Counted from the stretch's first letter, positions 32,049 through 43,130 are shown. The stretch: 64,000 nt of DNA from Verrucomicrobiota bacterium (GCA_039818205.1 JBCBUK010000014.1:53192-117191); one strand, 5' to 3'. Notes: generated by a model from the letters alone, not told the origin. Numbers and translations are program-made.

Positions 32049-32860
32049 ACCATCGCTTCGATCATGAGGCGATGAAAACGACTTTTTCTTTGCGGATAGG
32101 TTGCGAGGATCGCTCGTTGGCTTTAGCCGCAGCGAGCGAGTGCATCGATCAGATTGATCAGATAGAAAACAAACTAAGCCGCTATTTGCCTGGGAGCGAT
32201 ATCTGGCAGATCAACCACCTCAACGCAGGTGAGTCGCTCTTTGTTAGCGAACTTACCTACGAGTGTTTGCGACTCGCTCTTGAGGTCTATCAGGAAACCC
32301 AGGGCCTGTTCGACATCACCCTGGGCCAGCAGATAGAACACCGAAAAAATGAACAAGGCGGACCCCTTCCGGCATTAAGCGGTCAACTCATGATCGACCC
32401 CGATCGACCTCGAGTTCACTGCGTCGAGGCGGGGCGACAGATCGACCTCGGTGGCATTGGAAAAGGCTTCGCTCTGGACCACTTGATGAAAATTTTGCGC
32501 GACGGCGGTATCAGCTCGGCCCTGCTGGCAGCTGGCGCAAGCACCCAATTGGCCCACGGAGCCACACCATGGCCGATTCAGCTAACCGGCCAGACGGGAA
32601 CGACAACGATCGACCTGGTCAACCAATCACTTAGTGCGTCCGGCACGGCCATTCAAGGGAGCCATATTATTTCCCCTTACGACCAAGAGAGTGCCTACCC
32701 AAGAGAGAACATCTGGCTGGTCCACGACAGCGCAGCCAAGGCTGATGCCTACACGACTGCCGCCTTGCTCATGCCGGACGATATGCTTGCTGAGTTCGCG
32801 GAATCAGTTGCTGCCATTTACTTGGAAACCACCGACGGAATCACAACCCTAAGAAGCTAG
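32015..32860 (+). CDS. apbE: FAD:protein FMN transferase (ApbE family), no signal peptide
   Basis: EAMKTTF, LSRY...SDI, TQGLFDIT, IDLGGIGKGFALD, HIISP, ADAYTTA. Confidence 0.88.
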   Translation: MDPSTRNSGPINHRFDHEAMKTTFSLRIGCEDRSLALAAASECIDQIDQIENKLSRYLPGSDIWQINHLNAGESLFVSELTYECLRLALEVYQETQGLFDITLGQQIEHRKNEQGGPLPALSGQLMIDPDRPRVHCVEAGRQIDLGGIGKGFALDHLMKILRDGGISSALLAAGASTQLAHGATPWPIQLTGQTGTTTIDLVNQSLSASGTAIQGSHIISPYDQESAYPRENIWLVHDSAAKADAYTTAALLMPDDMLAEFAESVAAIYLETTDGITTLRS

Positions 32861-32919
32861 GCTAATCGCTTCGGCTCTCTTTGGATATACTTCGCCGTAA
32901 AAGGCTTGAAGGCATTGGC

Positions 32920-32933
32920 TTTATACGTGTAAC
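32920..32933. promoter_or_regulatory. Candidate LacI operator TTTATACGTGTAAC
   Basis: 12/14 match to the palindrome TTTACACGTGTAAA, about 70 bp upstream of the ATG at 33001. Confidence 0.6.
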
Positions 32934-33000
32934 TCTGGAATTTTGTGTAAATTCAATTTTGCGCCCGGGGAGAATCTCCTGTTGCCTCCCCTGTTCAACC

Positions 33001-34011
33001 ATGAAACTCGAAATTCCTAAGATCGTTTTTGGATCCAGCTCGCTGGGTAACCTTTACGAAGTCGTACCCTACGAGCGAAAGCTGGCGACTATTGAAAACT
33101 GCATCCGCCACCAATCGCCTTTGACGGTGATTGACTCGGCCGGGAAATACGGTGCTGGCCTCTCGTTGGAATGCATCGGCCGGACCTTGTCCGATCTAAA
33201 CGTTGCCCCGGATCGAGTGTTGATCAGCAATAAGTTAGGGTGGAAGCGTGTGCCCTTAACTGGCCCTGAGCCGACCTTTGAAAAAGGTGCCTGGTTTGGG
33301 CTCGAGAACGACGCAGTCCAATGCATGGGCTATGATGGAATTTTGGAGTGCTACGAGCAAGGCAATGAGCTGCTCGGAGACTACACCGCTAAGCTGCTCT
33401 CCGTGCACGATCCCGATGAATACCTTGCTGCGGCTCCCAATGCGGAGGAAGCCGAGTCTCGCTATCAGGAAGTCCTGGAAAGCTACCGCGCCCTTGCGGA
33501 ACTCAAGGCTGCTGGCAAAGCCTATGGCATTGGAGTTGGCTCCAAGGATTGGACCATTATCAAGCGCCTGTTTGACGACCAAGTGCCGCTGGACTGGGTC
33601 ATGTTTGCCAACACGTTCACCCTCTACTCACATCCAGCTGACGTCATCGAGTTCATATTGCAACTCCATGAGGCTGGCGTCTCGATCATCAATTCGGCCA
33701 TTTTCAACGGTGGATTTTTGATCGGTTCGGAGTGGTATAACTATAAACCGGTCACCCGGGAATCGCACGCGGAGCTTTTCGCCTGGCGGGATAGCTTCAA
33801 TGCCTTGTGCGATGAGCACAACGTGAAGCCTGCTTTGGCTTGCGCCGAATTTGGCCTGTCTGTGCCTGGCATTGCGGCGCTTGCTCTTAACACCACAAAG
33901 CCCGAGCGCGTGGAAAAGAACGTCGCCCTCGTCAATGAAAAGGCACCTGCCGCCTTCTGGGCTGCGATGAAAGATAAACAACTGCTTGAAGCCGACTACC
34001 CTTACCTCTAA
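33001..34011 (+). CDS. Aldo/keto reductase, D-threo-aldose 1-dehydrogenase (L-galactose/L-fucose dehydrogenase)-like
   Basis: [43 protein letters not shown]. Start at ATG 33001. Confidence 0.8.
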   Translation: MKLEIPKIVFGSSSLGNLYEVVPYERKLATIENCIRHQSPLTVIDSAGKYGAGLSLECIGRTLSDLNVAPDRVLISNKLGWKRVPLTGPEPTFEKGAWFGLENDAVQCMGYDGILECYEQGNELLGDYTAKLLSVHDPDEYLAAAPNAEEAESRYQEVLESYRALAELKAAGKAYGIGVGSKDWTIIKRLFDDQVPLDWVMFANTFTLYSHPADVIEFILQLHEAGVSIINSAIFNGGFLIGSEWYNYKPVTRESHAELFAWRDSFNALCDEHNVKPALACAEFGLSVPGIAALALNTTKPERVEKNVALVNEKAPAAFWAAMKDKQLLEADYPYL

Positions 34012-34040
34012 AAATTCTCCTCTCATTTTACCAAAAGCCC

Positions 34041-35060
34041 ATGAAAGCAATCTCCATAACCGAGCCCAACCAAGCGACTCTTATTGACATTCCGGAGCCG
34101 AGCGCCCCAGCAGCTGGCGAAGTGCAACTGCGCATCCACCAAGTGGGTTATTGCGGGTCGGACTTAACGTCTTTCCGCGGATTAAATCCGCTGGTGAGCT
34201 ACCCTCGAATTCCGGGCCACGAGATTGGTGCCTCCATCGTCCAAGTTGGCGACGGTGTCCCCGAAAAATGGTCGGTAGGCCAAAACGTTTTGGTATCCCC
34301 GTACACGAGCTGCGGAAAATGCGCCGCTTGTAAAGCAGGCCGCTACAATACCTGCCGCTACAATCAAACGATGGGCGTGCAGCGCGATGGCGCGATGACC
34401 GAGCTGGCTAACGTCCCACACGAAAAACTCTTTTCCTCGGAAAAACTCAGCGTCGCCGAAATGGCCTTGGTTGAGCCACTAACCGTTGGCTTCCACGCAG
34501 TTGCTCGCGGTGAGGTGACCTCCGACGATGTCGTTGTTGTCTTTGGCTGCGGCGCGATTGGCCTTGGCGTTATCGCGGGAGCCTCAGCGCGCAAAGCCCG
34601 GGTCATTGCCGTTGATATCGACGACAAGAAACTTGAGCTCGCGAAACGCTGCGGTGCAACCGACACCATCAACTCCATGAACGACAACCTGCATGATCGC
34701 TTGCAGGAAATGACCGATGGTGAGGGCCCGAATGTCATGATCGAAGCCGTCGGCCTCCCCGCGACCTTCCGCGCCTGCGTCGAAGAAGTCTGCTTCGCCG
34801 GACGTGTCGTTTACATCGGCTACGCCAAAGCAGCTGTTGACTACGAAACTAAGTTTTTCGTGATGAAGGAACTCGACATTCGCGGTTCCCGTAATGCGAT
34901 GCCCGAAGACTTTGAAGCCGTGATAGCCCACCTTGAAAGTGGCGCTTTCCCAACGGACGAAGTAATTACTAAGACCGTGCCACTAGCAGAGGCACCCGCA
35001 GCCCTCACCGCCTGGAGCGAGAATCCCGGCGAGATCACGAAGATTCACGTAAAGTTTTAA
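34041..35060 (+). CDS. Zn-dependent dehydrogenase, L-galactonate 5-dehydrogenase (YjjN/LgoD)-like
   Basis: [19 protein letters not shown]...[32 protein letters not shown]. Confidence 0.8.
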   Translation: MKAISITEPNQATLIDIPEPSAPAAGEVQLRIHQVGYCGSDLTSFRGLNPLVSYPRIPGHEIGASIVQVGDGVPEKWSVGQNVLVSPYTSCGKCAACKAGRYNTCRYNQTMGVQRDGAMTELANVPHEKLFSSEKLSVAEMALVEPLTVGFHAVARGEVTSDDVVVVFGCGAIGLGVIAGASARKARVIAVDIDDKKLELAKRCGATDTINSMNDNLHDRLQEMTDGEGPNVMIEAVGLPATFRACVEEVCFAGRVVYIGYAKAAVDYETKFFVMKELDIRGSRNAMPEDFEAVIAHLESGAFPTDEVITKTVPLAEAPAALTAWSENPGEITKIHVKF

Positions 35061-35088
35061 TCCTTCCCCCCGCAAGAAACCCAAGACC

Positions 35089-36333
35089 ATGCAGATCAAA
35101 AAATATACGATGGGTATGGGCGACCGATTCGCCCACCAAGGTAAAGCACAACTTCAAGCAGTGCTCAACGCACAAGCCGCAGGCCTCGACGTCTACCCGA
35201 CTTGGAACAAGTCCTTCCGCGAGCACAGTATCGTTAAGAGCCAACCCGACGATCTTCGCACTGAAGCCGATGCCGCCGTCGCAGCGTTGGGATGGGACAA
35301 AGACTACTACGTCGATGCCGACCATATCGGCCTTAAAACCGTCGATGGTTTTATCGCTGGCAGTAACTTCTACACGCTAGACGTCGCTGACTTCGTCGGT
35401 GAAACGCCAGAAGCAGCTGATGTTGACGCCTTTGTTTCCGCGAACCAGAAATACGTTGGCTCGCTGCAAATCCCGGGTATCGATAGCCCGTTCGAGGTTT
35501 CAGAAGACACCCTACGCGAAGTTGCTGGCAAGTTCCTGGTCGCAATCAAGGGCGCGAAGGCAATCTACAATCACATCTTGGCCGCCAAGGGTGAAGGCAA
35601 CTTCGTAACTGAAGTTTCCGTCGACGAAACCGACCTGCCGCAAACCCCGATCGATCTCTTCCTGATTCTTTCGATGATCGCGGCCGAAGGCATCCCGGCT
35701 CAAACGATTGCGCCAAAGTTTACCGGCCGGTTTAACAAGGGTGTCGATTACGTGGGTGACCTCGTTCAGTTTGAGAAAGAATTCGATGAAGACCTTTATG
35801 TAATCGCTTTCGCGGTCAAGGAATTTGGCTTGCCCGAAACCCTCAAGCTCAGTGTACACTCCGGCTCAGACAAGTTCTCAATTTATCCGATCATAAAGAA
35901 GCTCGTGGCCAAACACAGTGCTGGCCTCCACGTGAAGACCGCAGGCACGACCTGGCTGGAAGAAGTCATTGGACTCGCCGAAGCTGGTGGCGCGGCACTC
36001 GAAATCGCCAAAGAGGTTTACGCCGGCGCCTACGCTCGCTTTGACGAATTGACCGGACCCTACGCAACCGTGATCGACATCGACAAGGCGGCGCTACCAA
36101 CACCCGAAGAGGTTAACGGCTGGGACTCCGATAAATACGTCAACACCCTCCGCCACGTTCAGAGCCACCCGGACTACAACCAGAATTTCCGCCAGCTCAT
36201 TCACGTTGGCTTCAAGGTGGCCGCCGAGATGAAGGAACGCTACACCGACGCCCTCAAAACCAACGAAGCCATCATCGCCAAGAACGTGACCGAAAATCTC
36301 TGGGATCGTCACATTCAGCCGATCTTTGCTTAG
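35089..36333 (+). CDS. uxaE: Tagaturonate/fructuronate epimerase
   Basis: GMGDRF, VDADHI, EVSVDET, APKFTGRFNKGVDY, KLSVHSGSDKFSIY, HVKTAGTTWLE. Confidence 0.92.
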   Translation: MQIKKYTMGMGDRFAHQGKAQLQAVLNAQAAGLDVYPTWNKSFREHSIVKSQPDDLRTEADAAVAALGWDKDYYVDADHIGLKTVDGFIAGSNFYTLDVADFVGETPEAADVDAFVSANQKYVGSLQIPGIDSPFEVSEDTLREVAGKFLVAIKGAKAIYNHILAAKGEGNFVTEVSVDETDLPQTPIDLFLILSMIAAEGIPAQTIAPKFTGRFNKGVDYVGDLVQFEKEFDEDLYVIAFAVKEFGLPETLKLSVHSGSDKFSIYPIIKKLVAKHSAGLHVKTAGTTWLEEVIGLAEAGGAALEIAKEVYAGAYARFDELTGPYATVIDIDKAALPTPEEVNGWDSDKYVNTLRHVQSHPDYNQNFRQLIHVGFKVAAEMKERYTDALKTNEAIIAKNVTENLWDRHIQPIFA

Positions 36334-36358
36334 AACAAGCAGGCATACAGATCCTTTT

Positions 36359-36396
36359 GATGGGCAGCACGCAGTTGGCGTGCTGCCTATCTTTTT
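36359..36396 (+). terminator. Rho-independent terminator
   Basis: GATGGGCAGCACGC-AGTTG-GCGTGCTGCCTATC-TTTTT. Confidence 0.85.
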
Positions 36397-36427
36397 ATAC
36401 CTGCCAGCGGTTGATCTGCAGGGTTGC

Positions 36428-36441
36428 AATACACGTGAAAC
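36428..36441. promoter_or_regulatory. Candidate LacI operator AATACACGTGAAAC
   Basis: 10/14 match to TTTACACGTGTAAA, between the terminator and the SSS gene start. Confidence 0.5.
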
Positions 36442-36462
36442 ATCGTCACAAATGGCGACACT

Positions 36463-38343
36463 TTGCACGCCCTCGACTGGATTATCTTCGTTGCTTTTAT
36501 CGGCGGGTCCATGGCTATCGGTCTCATGTTTACGAGACGAGCCAGCGCCAGCGTCGATTCCTTTTTCGTATCCGGACGCACCCTTACGTGGTACGTCTGC
36601 GGCATGGCCTGGGTGGCCAGTGGCTTCGCCTCGGACACCCCGCTGTGGGTCAGCGCCCTGGTTCGTAGCCAAGGGCTCCACTACGCCTGGAAGTATTGGG
36701 CCGCGCTCTTCGGCTGGACACTTGCTGCGGTGCTCTTCGCCCGGATGTGGCGACGCCTTAGCGTAGTAACTGATGTCGAACTCCTTGAGAATCGCTACGA
36801 CACGAAGCTCGGTAGCTTCTTACGCTTGTGGGAAGGTGGCTTTAAGGCGCTCATCTATTGCCCCTTGATTATCGCCTGGGTCGTGAAGGCGATGGAAGTC
36901 ATCACCCGGGAAACCATGGGGCTGCCACAGGAATACCAAGTTGTTACAACCGTTATCGTGGTTGGGCTTGGATTGCTCATGTGCACGATGGCTGGTCTAT
37001 GGGGCGTAGTCGCAACGGGCGTTCTTCAGTTCGTTATCGCAACGCTCGGCACCATCATGCTCGCGGTGCTTGCCGTGCATCACGTTGGTGGCCTCGATGC
37101 GTTGGTTACCCACTTGAAGTCGATGGATGGCTGGGCAGGCAAAGACTTGAATTTCATTCCCAAGTTTGGGGACGGCGTCGATATCGGAACCATGCCCTTC
37201 TGGAACATCATCGGTTTGTTCGGCGTATTGTGGTGGGGTGGTGCCTATTGTGGTGACTACGCAGCCCAACGTGTTCTGGCGTGCAAGGACAGCCGGCACG
37301 CCAGCATGGGCGTGCTCTTCTTCGCCCTACTCTATTTTCCAATCATGGCTTGGCCCTGGTTGATGGTCGGTCTTTGTTCGCTGGTTTCTTTCCCACTTGA
37401 GATGGGCGCCGACGGTAAGTTGTTCGACCCTCTGGGCGATAGCGCATACCCGCGCATGATGGTTGAGGTGCTCCCGATTGGTCTCAAAGGCTTCATGGTG
37501 GCGGCGCTCGTTGCGGCGTTCATATCAACGATTACAACCCTCTTCAATTGGGGCTCCTCCTACACGGTTAACGACATTTACCGACGCTTCCTGGTCAAGA
37601 GCGCACCCGACAAGCACTACGTGATGGTCTCGCGAATCACAACCGTGGGCATCGCGATCCTCGGTGGATTCATTTCGTTTCAAGCCACCAGTATCGAGCA
37701 GCTATTGAAAATTAGTTGGGTGATCATGCCAGCGGCAACGGTGGTTGGGCTGATGCGTTGGTTGTGGTGGCGACAAACCGCGGCCGGTGATCTGGCAGGA
37801 ACCATTACCGCCTGGCTGCTCGGATCTACCATGGCGGTGTTAAGCTTCGATGCGATCGGCTGGACGGCAGGACCAAGGGAGGCCATCGATTCATTCGCCG
37901 CCAACGTGTTCAACGCAATTGGTCTTTCGACGAATGCGAGTTTCATTTTGAGTGATGAGCTGCTTGGCGCACGTATGCTGTTTCTGGCGTCGATGGTCGG
38001 GGGAATGTCGGTCGTTGTGTCGCTGCTCGGCAAGCCCACTAACCTCGAGCACCTCAAACGTTTTGTCCTGAAGGCACGCCCACCGAAATTTCTTTGGCGC
38101 CCAGTCTTGGAGCGCGCCGAGATCGACTACGAATCAAGTGACACACTTGGCCGTGTATTTGTCTCCTGGGTGATCGCAACGACCTCAGTGGTCAGCCTAG
38201 TGTTCGCCATTGGCAAACTCATGCTCGGAGAGCCTTGGATTGGCGTGATGAACCTCGTGATCTTCGCTGGTTCGACCTATTGGATTGTCAAACGCTTCCG
38301 AGCGGACTTTGCCCGCGAGAGCGCGATCGAGCAAAGCAGCTAG
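36463..38343 (+). CDS. Sodium:solute symporter (SSS family)
   Basis: TTG start. LDWII...FFVSGRTLTW, FASDTP, AQRVLACKD, AAFISTITTLFNWGSSYTVNDIY. About 14 TM helices. Confidence 0.9.
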   Translation: MHALDWIIFVAFIGGSMAIGLMFTRRASASVDSFFVSGRTLTWYVCGMAWVASGFASDTPLWVSALVRSQGLHYAWKYWAALFGWTLAAVLFARMWRRLSVVTDVELLENRYDTKLGSFLRLWEGGFKALIYCPLIIAWVVKAMEVITRETMGLPQEYQVVTTVIVVGLGLLMCTMAGLWGVVATGVLQFVIATLGTIMLAVLAVHHVGGLDALVTHLKSMDGWAGKDLNFIPKFGDGVDIGTMPFWNIIGLFGVLWWGGAYCGDYAAQRVLACKDSRHASMGVLFFALLYFPIMAWPWLMVGLCSLVSFPLEMGADGKLFDPLGDSAYPRMMVEVLPIGLKGFMVAALVAAFISTITTLFNWGSSYTVNDIYRRFLVKSAPDKHYVMVSRITTVGIAILGGFISFQATSIEQLLKISWVIMPAATVVGLMRWLWWRQTAAGDLAGTITAWLLGSTMAVLSFDAIGWTAGPREAIDSFAANVFNAIGLSTNASFILSDELLGARMLFLASMVGGMSVVVSLLGKPTNLEHLKRFVLKARPPKFLWRPVLERAEIDYESSDTLGRVFVSWVIATTSVVSLVFAIGKLMLGEPWIGVMNLVIFAGSTYWIVKRFRADFARESAIEQSS

Positions 38344-40505
38344 TGCGAGGAAGAGAACTTCTTGATGCGGCTGTGTAAGACCGACTCTGGAAACTCACCA
38401 GGTTTAGCACTACGAGACATCTCGATATCAGCTTCGGCATAGTCAGTTAGCGCCCCATCCCAATCAGTCCAACTCGTGCGAGCCAGCAATTGTTCTTCGT
38501 AGAGGCTGGAGACAAGCGACGCATACGCCTTCCAATGATCCAAGGCATCTTCAAGGTGTGCAATCGCTGCCTGCTGGTCTTTCTCTTCGCCGTTAACCCG
38601 ATAGCGATGCACCTTCGTGCTTCCGCGAAATTTGTCCGCATAGTATTGTGCCAAGTAGGCCATTGATTCGAAGTCCTTCAAGGTCTTTTGAAACTCCTTG
38701 GCCGACGATTCTTCTTGGAGCTTGGCTACGTTCGACAGCGTGCGTTCGGCAAGGTAATCGAGCTCCGCTGCCACCGTCATTGGATTACGGGAGTCGCCAC
38801 TGGGATTCCGGACAAACTCTTTGATCGACTGAATGCCCTGCCCTTTCAATGGCCCGAACTCGATGAAGTGATCAACACTGTGGTAGCCTTCTTTCTTCGA
38901 CGTACAGGCTTCCACCGACCACATGTGGTCCCAATCTCGCCAATGGGCAACGTTAACCAAGGGGATGATCTTTGAAGCCGTCTGCCAAGTACTATAGAGC
39001 AAACTCGAATCAACACCGGGGAAACGATCCTGCAATTCAGCCTCAAAGAACGCGCGACCCAAGCTCGGATCATATCCCAGCCGTCCCCACAACATGAAGC
39101 GATACCAGTGCTTATCGATCTCGAGCTGACGAGGCGATTGTGGGTCTTTATCGATGAACTCACGCCCCCAAACATAGCCATCCGACCCCATATGATAGCC
39201 TGCCATCAGTGGCTCCGGTGGCATATTCTTCATATACTCCCGAACGTAATCAGGGTCTCCCCACCGGAAGTGAAAGATGTCGTCGTTGCGTAAATTCATC
39301 CACGTCGCGAGATCGTATTCCTCGGCGTCAGATTGCAGCTGCTCTTTATAAAAAGGCGGGTTAGGAATCGAATACAAACGGGCGCGCGCATACTTAAAAC
39401 CGAGATCAATCGGGTCCGGATACTTGGAGATAAAGTCGTCCACCATTACGTCCATTCCGCTATACCAGACGCGGTGAATAAAATGCACTTCGCGATCCGG
39501 GTCTTCCTGCTTCGCGTCCATGATCCCTTTGCCATAGGTATTCCACATCCAATTCTCGACGGAATTCTCGCCCTCAAGTTTGTTCTGCATGTGTTCGCCG
39601 CAGGTGATGCCGATCCCTTTGAGGTCCGGATAAGTCAGCACGAATTCCTTCACGCTCTCACGCATGTAGTCGCGCGTCTTGGGATTGGTTTGCGATGTAT
39701 CGATTCCGTATTTTCCTTCCGCACCATGAACCCAAATGTTCCAAGTGATGAAATAGATATCGATGCCACGATCTTTGGCGTAGCTCATCACCTCTCGCCA
39801 AAACTCGATCTTCTCTTCGATGGGCATCTCCTTGACGATCTTGTAGTTTTTGGGATTTTGCAGCTGCCCCTGCATGTATTGCGGCAAGATGTGGTCGTCT
39901 AACTCGTAGGTGGGCACCGCTACATCATCCAAGGCTACATCCGGATACTTATCCAACTTCACCATCGCGCTGAACGGATGATTGGACCACAAGGTCAATG
40001 TATTATAGCGATGCTCGGCCATGCGGTCGAGGAAGCCACGCCAGAAGTCCATGGACCATACCTGCTCGACGTTCATCCGCGCTGACGTGCCTGAGTCATC
40101 ATAGCTCGGGCAACGCGCATCAAGCGGAATGTTCATTTTCAGGCCTCGCCGCTTGATGAATGGACTCTTCTCGATAGCCAGATTGGTGATGTCGTGGCCA
40201 TGGCGAATCTGTTCTGCCAAGGCTAAACCGCCATACATCAATCCGATCGGATCGCTGCCGAAAACCTCGATCACATCCGGGCTTCCGTTGATCACAAACG
40301 ATTGCTCACCCAGCGACTCATCGATGGCCAGGTTAACCGTTTGCGACAAACCAGCATCCGCAATTGCGGGTTCCAACTGGCTCAACGCAAATTGAACCGA
40401 CGGTGAATCGTCAACGACGTTCAGCTTCGCGAAAAGAGTTGGAGCAATAAGGGCACAACCAAGGAGCACCTTGGCAGCCAGAGAGGCAAGCGAGACGTTG
40501 GGCAT
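38340..40505 (-). CDS. Secreted uncharacterised glycoside-hydrolase-like protein (GH20/67/115-like N-terminal domain plus barrel)
   Basis: Signal peptide, GSDPIGLMYGGL N-domain, RRGLKMNIPLDAR, MAEHRYNTLTLW, LRNDDIFHFRWGDP, helical C-terminus. Confidence 0.6.
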   Translation of the reverse strand: MPNVSLASLAAKVLLGCALIAPTLFAKLNVVDDSPSVQFALSQLEPAIADAGLSQTVNLAIDESLGEQSFVINGSPDVIEVFGSDPIGLMYGGLALAEQIRHGHDITNLAIEKSPFIKRRGLKMNIPLDARCPSYDDSGTSARMNVEQVWSMDFWRGFLDRMAEHRYNTLTLWSNHPFSAMVKLDKYPDVALDDVAVPTYELDDHILPQYMQGQLQNPKNYKIVKEMPIEEKIEFWREVMSYAKDRGIDIYFITWNIWVHGAEGKYGIDTSQTNPKTRDYMRESVKEFVLTYPDLKGIGITCGEHMQNKLEGENSVENWMWNTYGKGIMDAKQEDPDREVHFIHRVWYSGMDVMVDDFISKYPDPIDLGFKYARARLYSIPNPPFYKEQLQSDAEEYDLATWMNLRNDDIFHFRWGDPDYVREYMKNMPPEPLMAGYHMGSDGYVWGREFIDKDPQSPRQLEIDKHWYRFMLWGRLGYDPSLGRAFFEAELQDRFPGVDSSLLYSTWQTASKIIPLVNVAHWRDWDHMWSVEACTSKKEGYHSVDHFIEFGPLKGQGIQSIKEFVRNPSGDSRNPMTVAAELDYLAERTLSNVAKLQEESSAKEFQKTLKDFESMAYLAQYYADKFRGSTKVHRYRVNGEEKDQQAAIAHLEDALDHWKAYASLVSSLYEEQLLARTSWTDWDGALTDYAEADIEMSRSAKPGEFPESVLHSRIKKFSSSH

Positions 40506-40532
40506 GGGATGAATAGATTTACTTGGGAGGTA

Positions 40533-40567
40533 TTTAAAAGCCGGTTAGCATTAACAGGCTAACCGGC
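40533..40567 (-). terminator. Rho-independent terminator (minus strand)
   Basis: GCCGGTTAGC-N8-GCTAACCGGC with an A-run on its left, giving a U-tail on the minus strand, just after the GH2 stop. Confidence 0.65.
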
Positions 40568-40584
40568 GAAAATCAACGAAAACA

Positions 40585-43119
40585 CTAAAGCGCACCGTCA
40601 ATGGCACTGACGTGCTTGCTGTCGGACTCTTCAGCGATCGTGGCGCGGAATATCTCGCGGAGCGGAGCTGGACTAGACTCGAGAGTGAGTTCCAAAGCCG
40701 TCGGCGCGAGACCACTTGATGTTGCCGTAACCGTAACGGTGCCGGCCTCACGGCCTGCTAACAATAGTAGCTGAGCCAAACCATGATAGGCTTTGCGCTT
40801 TGGTTCTTTATCGGACTCATGGCTGATTGGGTCACCGTTGCCGACACCGAGCAAGCTCATCTCACCTGAAATCTCGAAATCGATTTCATTGTTTGCCGTT
40901 GGCACTACACGGCCAGCATCATCAATGACTTCAACTTGAACAATCGCTGTATCGCGTGCGTCGGCGACCAAGGTGTCGCGATCAGCAACCAGGCGGATAC
41001 CCGCAGGCGCACCGGTTGTTTCGATCACCTTGCGCAAGATCTCTTCTCCCGCCGCATTGAAACCGATAGCTTCAAGTTTGCCGGGTTGGAATGGCACCTT
41101 CCATTCGATCTTTCCATTGATCGGCATCGCCTCGCGGCCAAGGCTCTCACCATTGAGAAACAGTTCAACCTCGGTGCAATTACTGTAGCACCAAACATCG
41201 ATGACTTTGCCTTCCTCACCTTCCCAATTCCAATGCGGAAAGATATGCAACATCGGCGTATCCGACCACCAAGCTTGATGGTAATAGAACGCGTCCTTCG
41301 GGAAGCCACACAAGTCCATGATGCCATAGCGAGTTACCACCGCAGGCCAGCTAAACGGATAAGTTTCTCCCCGGTAGTCAAAACCCGTCCAGAGGAATGT
41401 CCCTCCAAGGAAGTCCCGATTGGCACAATCTTGCCAGGTATCCTCGATCGAACGCCCCCACGGCGTCATCGTTTCATTGTAAGCTGTCGAATCGCCTTCA
41501 CGCTCTGGATTCAAGTCCACGTAATCGTCGATACCCAAGTCATCGGAATCCGGCAGGTGTGGTTTGCCGTTGTAGAACTCGCGGCCATAGAGTCCACGGG
41601 TTGCTCCAGAGCCACCAGTCTCGCCACCCAAGAGCGGCCAGTCCGGGAAGCGGGCATGGAATTCATCGTAACGCTCGCCTTCGCAATAGAGCTTACCGTC
41701 CTCGCCGCGGCGGGCGGTGTAGTTTGCCCCGAACACATCGACACGGAAACCATGACGATCGAAGTTTGCCGCAACTTCGTTGAAGTCGCAGTTCGCCGAG
41801 TAGGTGCAAAGACGGGTCGGATCCATCTGGTGGATGCGGTCCTGCATGCGTTGCAAGATACGCGCTCCAATCGATGTTTCTTGGATCATCATCTCCTCAT
41901 TGCCCAACGACCACAGAATTACACTCGGATGGTTCCGGTCGCGCAATACGACAGACTCCATTTGCCCCATCAGTTCGGGAGTCGTACCCGGCATGCGGAA
42001 CTCATCCATAACGAGGATTCCCAGACGGTCACACACATCAAGCAAGGCCGGTGTTGGCGGATTGTGTGCGGTTCGCATCGCATTGCAGCCCATGAGCTTC
42101 ATTTGCTCCATGCGCCACTCTTGCAAACGATCGGTGATCGCGATGCCAACGCCCGAATGGTCCTGGTGGTTGCAAACACCCTTCAACTTAATTGCCTTAC
42201 CATTCAAGGAAACGCCGGTCTTGGCATCAAAAGTAATCGAACGCACACCAAAGTTTGTGTGGATCTCATCGATCGCTACATCGCCGACTTTGATGACCGT
42301 TTTCAGCGAATACAAATAAGGTTGCTCAGGGGACCAGAGCTGAGGGGCCTGAAGGTGGAAAATTTGATCAATCGAACCCGCCGTCATCAACTCCAACGTC
42401 ACGTCACTCTCCAACTGACTGAGCTCATTGCCGTCGGCGTCGACTACCGTGTTAACGACAGTCGCGGTCGCAGCCGTGCGTCCGTCGTTCTTAACCTGCA
42501 CCGAGACCCCAACTTTAGCGGACTCCGGTGCCTCGCAGTGCTCCACCTCAGGCCGGATGCAAATACCCCAGTTATCGACGTGCACATCGTGAGTCTTGAC
42601 CAGACGGACATCTCGGTAGATTCCGCCACCTTCGTAAGACCAAAGTTCAAAGCCGCGAGCATCGACCCGAATCGCCAAAGCATTGAGCCCGCCGAATTCG
42701 CACAGCTCCGTGACATCGAAGCTGAAGCTCGTGTAACCAGAGATGTGCCGGCCAACGAAATGTCCGTTGAGCCAGATTTCGCAATCACGGTAGATTCCAT
42801 CGAACTCCAATGAAATCCGCTTCGTGCTGTCTTCAGCATCCAGCTCGAATACTTTGCGATACCAAGCTACCTCGACCGGAAGCGATCCATGAACCTGATT
42901 CGCATCAGGCGAAAACGCGGCCTCAATGACGTAATCATGAGGCAGGTCGACATCCCGCCACTCCGAATCGGGAAACGCCGCCCGGGAGAGACCTTGGTTA
43001 CCAGCTTTCATCCATTCAGGTGCCTTAAAGCGTCCTTCGTGGATGGCGGCAAAATTACGGAGCTCAATATCTCCCAGGTGGAATTTCCACTCCGGGTTCA
43101 TGGAAAAGACTTCTCTCAT
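40585..43119 (-). CDS. GH2 beta-galactosidase (no signal peptide)
   Basis: [55 protein letters not shown]. Confidence 0.93.
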   Translation of the reverse strand: MREVFSMNPEWKFHLGDIELRNFAAIHEGRFKAPEWMKAGNQGLSRAAFPDSEWRDVDLPHDYVIEAAFSPDANQVHGSLPVEVAWYRKVFELDAEDSTKRISLEFDGIYRDCEIWLNGHFVGRHISGYTSFSFDVTELCEFGGLNALAIRVDARGFELWSYEGGGIYRDVRLVKTHDVHVDNWGICIRPEVEHCEAPESAKVGVSVQVKNDGRTAATATVVNTVVDADGNELSQLESDVTLELMTAGSIDQIFHLQAPQLWSPEQPYLYSLKTVIKVGDVAIDEIHTNFGVRSITFDAKTGVSLNGKAIKLKGVCNHQDHSGVGIAITDRLQEWRMEQMKLMGCNAMRTAHNPPTPALLDVCDRLGILVMDEFRMPGTTPELMGQMESVVLRDRNHPSVILWSLGNEEMMIQETSIGARILQRMQDRIHQMDPTRLCTYSANCDFNEVAANFDRHGFRVDVFGANYTARRGEDGKLYCEGERYDEFHARFPDWPLLGGETGGSGATRGLYGREFYNGKPHLPDSDDLGIDDYVDLNPEREGDSTAYNETMTPWGRSIEDTWQDCANRDFLGGTFLWTGFDYRGETYPFSWPAVVTRYGIMDLCGFPKDAFYYHQAWWSDTPMLHIFPHWNWEGEEGKVIDVWCYSNCTEVELFLNGESLGREAMPINGKIEWKVPFQPGKLEAIGFNAAGEEILRKVIETTGAPAGIRLVADRDTLVADARDTAIVQVEVIDDAGRVVPTANNEIDFEISGEMSLLGVGNGDPISHESDKEPKRKAYHGLAQLLLLAGREAGTVTVTATSSGLAPTALELTLESSPAPLREIFRATIAEESDSKHVSAIDGAL

Positions 43120-43130
43120 GTCAGGGGGCT

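Noticed and set aside
40936..42813. 625-aa ORF on + strand opposite the GH2
   Set aside because: Fully antisense to a well-conserved GH2, with no recognisable motifs. A typical shadow ORF from codon bias.
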